From the human T2T-CHM13v2.0 reference genome, Homo sapiens, in NCBI RefSeq assembly GCF_009914755.1, contig NC_060934.1: DNA of 64,000 bases; one strand, given 5' to 3'. The notes beneath the pieces were generated by a model, which made no database searches, had not been told where the DNA came from, and worked only from the letters and a program-made list of their open reading frames with translations. Of this stretch, positions 61,732-64,000 are shown in pieces (the stretch's first letter is position 1; every line of letters begins with the position of its first letter). The position numbers and the translations under genes are program-made.

Positions 61732-63559
61732 TGCTGTTCCTGTCACCTTGAACCCCTGCCACTCCCTCCGACGATTCTTTTACCTTAGGCCTGCAACCCC
61801 GCTACTTCCTCCTTCATGTCTCAGTTTTTATGTCCCTTTCCCCAGGAGACCTCCTCTGTTGCCCCACATCTATTCAGCGGCCCTCCTTTGGGTCCGCCGG
61901 CCCTGTTATAGCCCCACCCTGTTCTGTAGGTTTGCTGTTCTGCATCTGTCATCCTAGCCTGTGCATGCTGAGAAGACAGATGTTTTACCTGTCCTGATCC
62001 CTGTAGCATCTCCAGGGCCTAGCATGGTGTTTGGTACACAGCAGGTGTGCAATAAATGCTACAGGCAGCAAAGGAGGAGCAACATATCTAGTGTCTATCG
62101 AATTCTTGTTTTTCCCTTTCCTCCCAGGTTGGTGGCCACCTTGAGCTTTCCTGGTCCTGTGAGTCTTGTCCCTTCTCTGAGACCTTTAGTCCTAGCTCCC
62201 CAGCTGTCCCCTGCCCCCGGCATGCTCTAGAGTCCTGAGTGCCCCCAATCTGATCATCTGTGCTGAAGGCCAGGTTATGCAGAGGCTGTTCTAGGAACAG
62301 GTAGGACAAGCAGACCCCATGCCCAGGAGACTCTTGACCTGGGGAGAACCAATTCAGGCAAATCCCCTAATTCCCTGGACTGTGGTCACCAGCGACGATG
62401 CTGCTTCTGCCTCCTTCGATTACCTGCCTTCCGCGGCTGCCTCCACCTCCCTCCAAAGCTGGCTTTAGGAAAATCCCAGCAGCCCAGGCTGCTCCTTCCT
62501 TTGCCCTCCCCTCCATCCTTGATCCTGCCTGAGGCAGGCCAGGCCTAACCTGGACTCATACCACAGCCCCGCCCTGCCTTCCCAGCTCTGTGCTGCTAGC
62601 CCTGCAGTTTTCTCCCCAAAATTGAAGCATCATCACTGTGGGAGCTTCAGCTGAAGGGAAGTTTCTCTGAGAGTCTGCAAACTGAAGCATCCCTGGGACC
62701 TGGGCTTCAGCAGAAGAGGGGAGTCTGGAGGCTGTCCTGGCTCTTGCTGCTCTGGAGAGATATGTTTTCCATGAGAAAAAGCATGTCTTGCGGTGTCCAA
62801 CTCAAAACCTAACTGAAGCTACTCCTGGAGGCCCTGTAGACACAAAGCTGCTTGGCCCCCAGCCCTGCCCTGGAGGCAACTGTCGGGAATCCTGTGCTGG
62901 ACAGACAAGGGCTAGCCTAGAGCAGACCATCTCTGGGAGGCAATGCACCAAAGGCCTCCCGGAGGAGATGGCACCTGGGGGGATCTGCACAGATGTGCAG
63001 GAGGACATGGGTGCGGAGGGAAAGGGTGCTCCAAGAGGGAACTGTGTGAGTAAGAGCTGGGTTTGGGAAACACTTGGTCACCGGCAGAGCGTTGGCCAAC
63101 AGGAGCCTGGAAAAGATGAGCTTTCATCTACTCTGCACAGGCATTTAAATAGGTACCCCGTGCCCAGGCCCTCCTGAGTGGTGGGCACAGATGACATGAC
63201 ACCCGCCCTACCCTCAAGGGGTTCTCTCTGTCCAGGGAAGGAGGCCATGAGATTCACTGTGCCTTAACATAGTAGGTGCTCATCAAATGTGGCTGCTGGG
63301 CAAGAGCAGAGATATGTGCTGCTATTAACTTCACAGGGGCCCAGGGAGGAAGGAGAGTCCCCAGCAGGCTGGCAGGCAGCTGGGAGCCTTCCTCGGGGAA
63401 GCAAATCTGTGCTGGGCTTGGAGGGATTCTGCCCGGTGATGAGATTTGGGGAGGGAGATGAGAAGTGGCTTCTGCTGGGATGTGTCCATCCTTGGGAGGT
63501 TATCACTGATATGACAGGACTGGGAGTCTCAGTGCATGTCACTGATATGACAGCAAGTG

Positions 63560-63885
63560 CATGACAGTGTGAGCTTGCGTGTGTTTTACATTAGTGTATA
63601 AGTATGCAGTGTGCATAGGTGCGTAAAACTGTGTGTGTGTGAGCAAGAGCAAGTGCAAGTATATGTGAGTGTGTGAGATTGGGAGCACAAATGCATGTGA
63701 GAGTGCATGAATCTGTGAGCTAGTGTGTGCATGCAGTGTGCATATGTGTGTGAGGCTGAGGCTGTGTGAGTGTGAACTGGTATATGTGTTTGGATTTGAA
63801 TGTGCGTGAGTGTGCATGCCCGTGTGGCTGAGTGTGTGAGCCTGCAGGGGACTGTGACAGCGCATGTGGGTTTGAGCGTGCACTG
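63560..63885. repeat. Degenerate TG-rich low-complexity tract
   Basis: Directly visible gtgt/gtga/gcat mosaic. Confidence 0.85.
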
Positions 63886-64000
63886 CACATCACCAGAGCC
63901 GTGCTCTGCTTGTTTTTGCAATCACTATGATTTGCTGGATTTCAGCCGAGCATTCAATCCTCCGTGAGACATAAAGAAAATGAATTTTATTCCCTGGGGA

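Overview
Primate (most likely human) non-coding genomic DNA, judged from AluY/S/J, L1PA, MIR, L2, MaLR and MLT2 repeats. I can support no host protein-coding exon, RNA gene or CRISPR array; almost all ORFs in the track are repeat-derived or chance. The main feature is a near-complete but defective minus-strand HERV-L provirus (28410-35773: two MLT2A LTRs, PBS, gag, pro, RT, RNase H, IN, dUTPase, no env). It sits in an old L1M that itself splits a MER5. The most unexplained structure is a ~200-bp inverted duplication of apparently unique sequence (50923-51122 / 51959-52164, ~86% identity by hand). Its right arm is flanked by a 14-bp direct repeat and snap-back filler, and the two arms bracket splice-like signals. 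Other oddities: a 667-bp AT tract in the 5' LTR, loss of the poly(A) signal region from both proviral LTRs, a 150-bp gag duplication, a 44-bp dispersed duplication, several minus-strand exon-like segments and homeobox-motif-rich enhancer candidates. Repeat subfamily calls come from recalled consensus sequences and identities are hand counts, so both need RepeatMasker/alignment confirmation.
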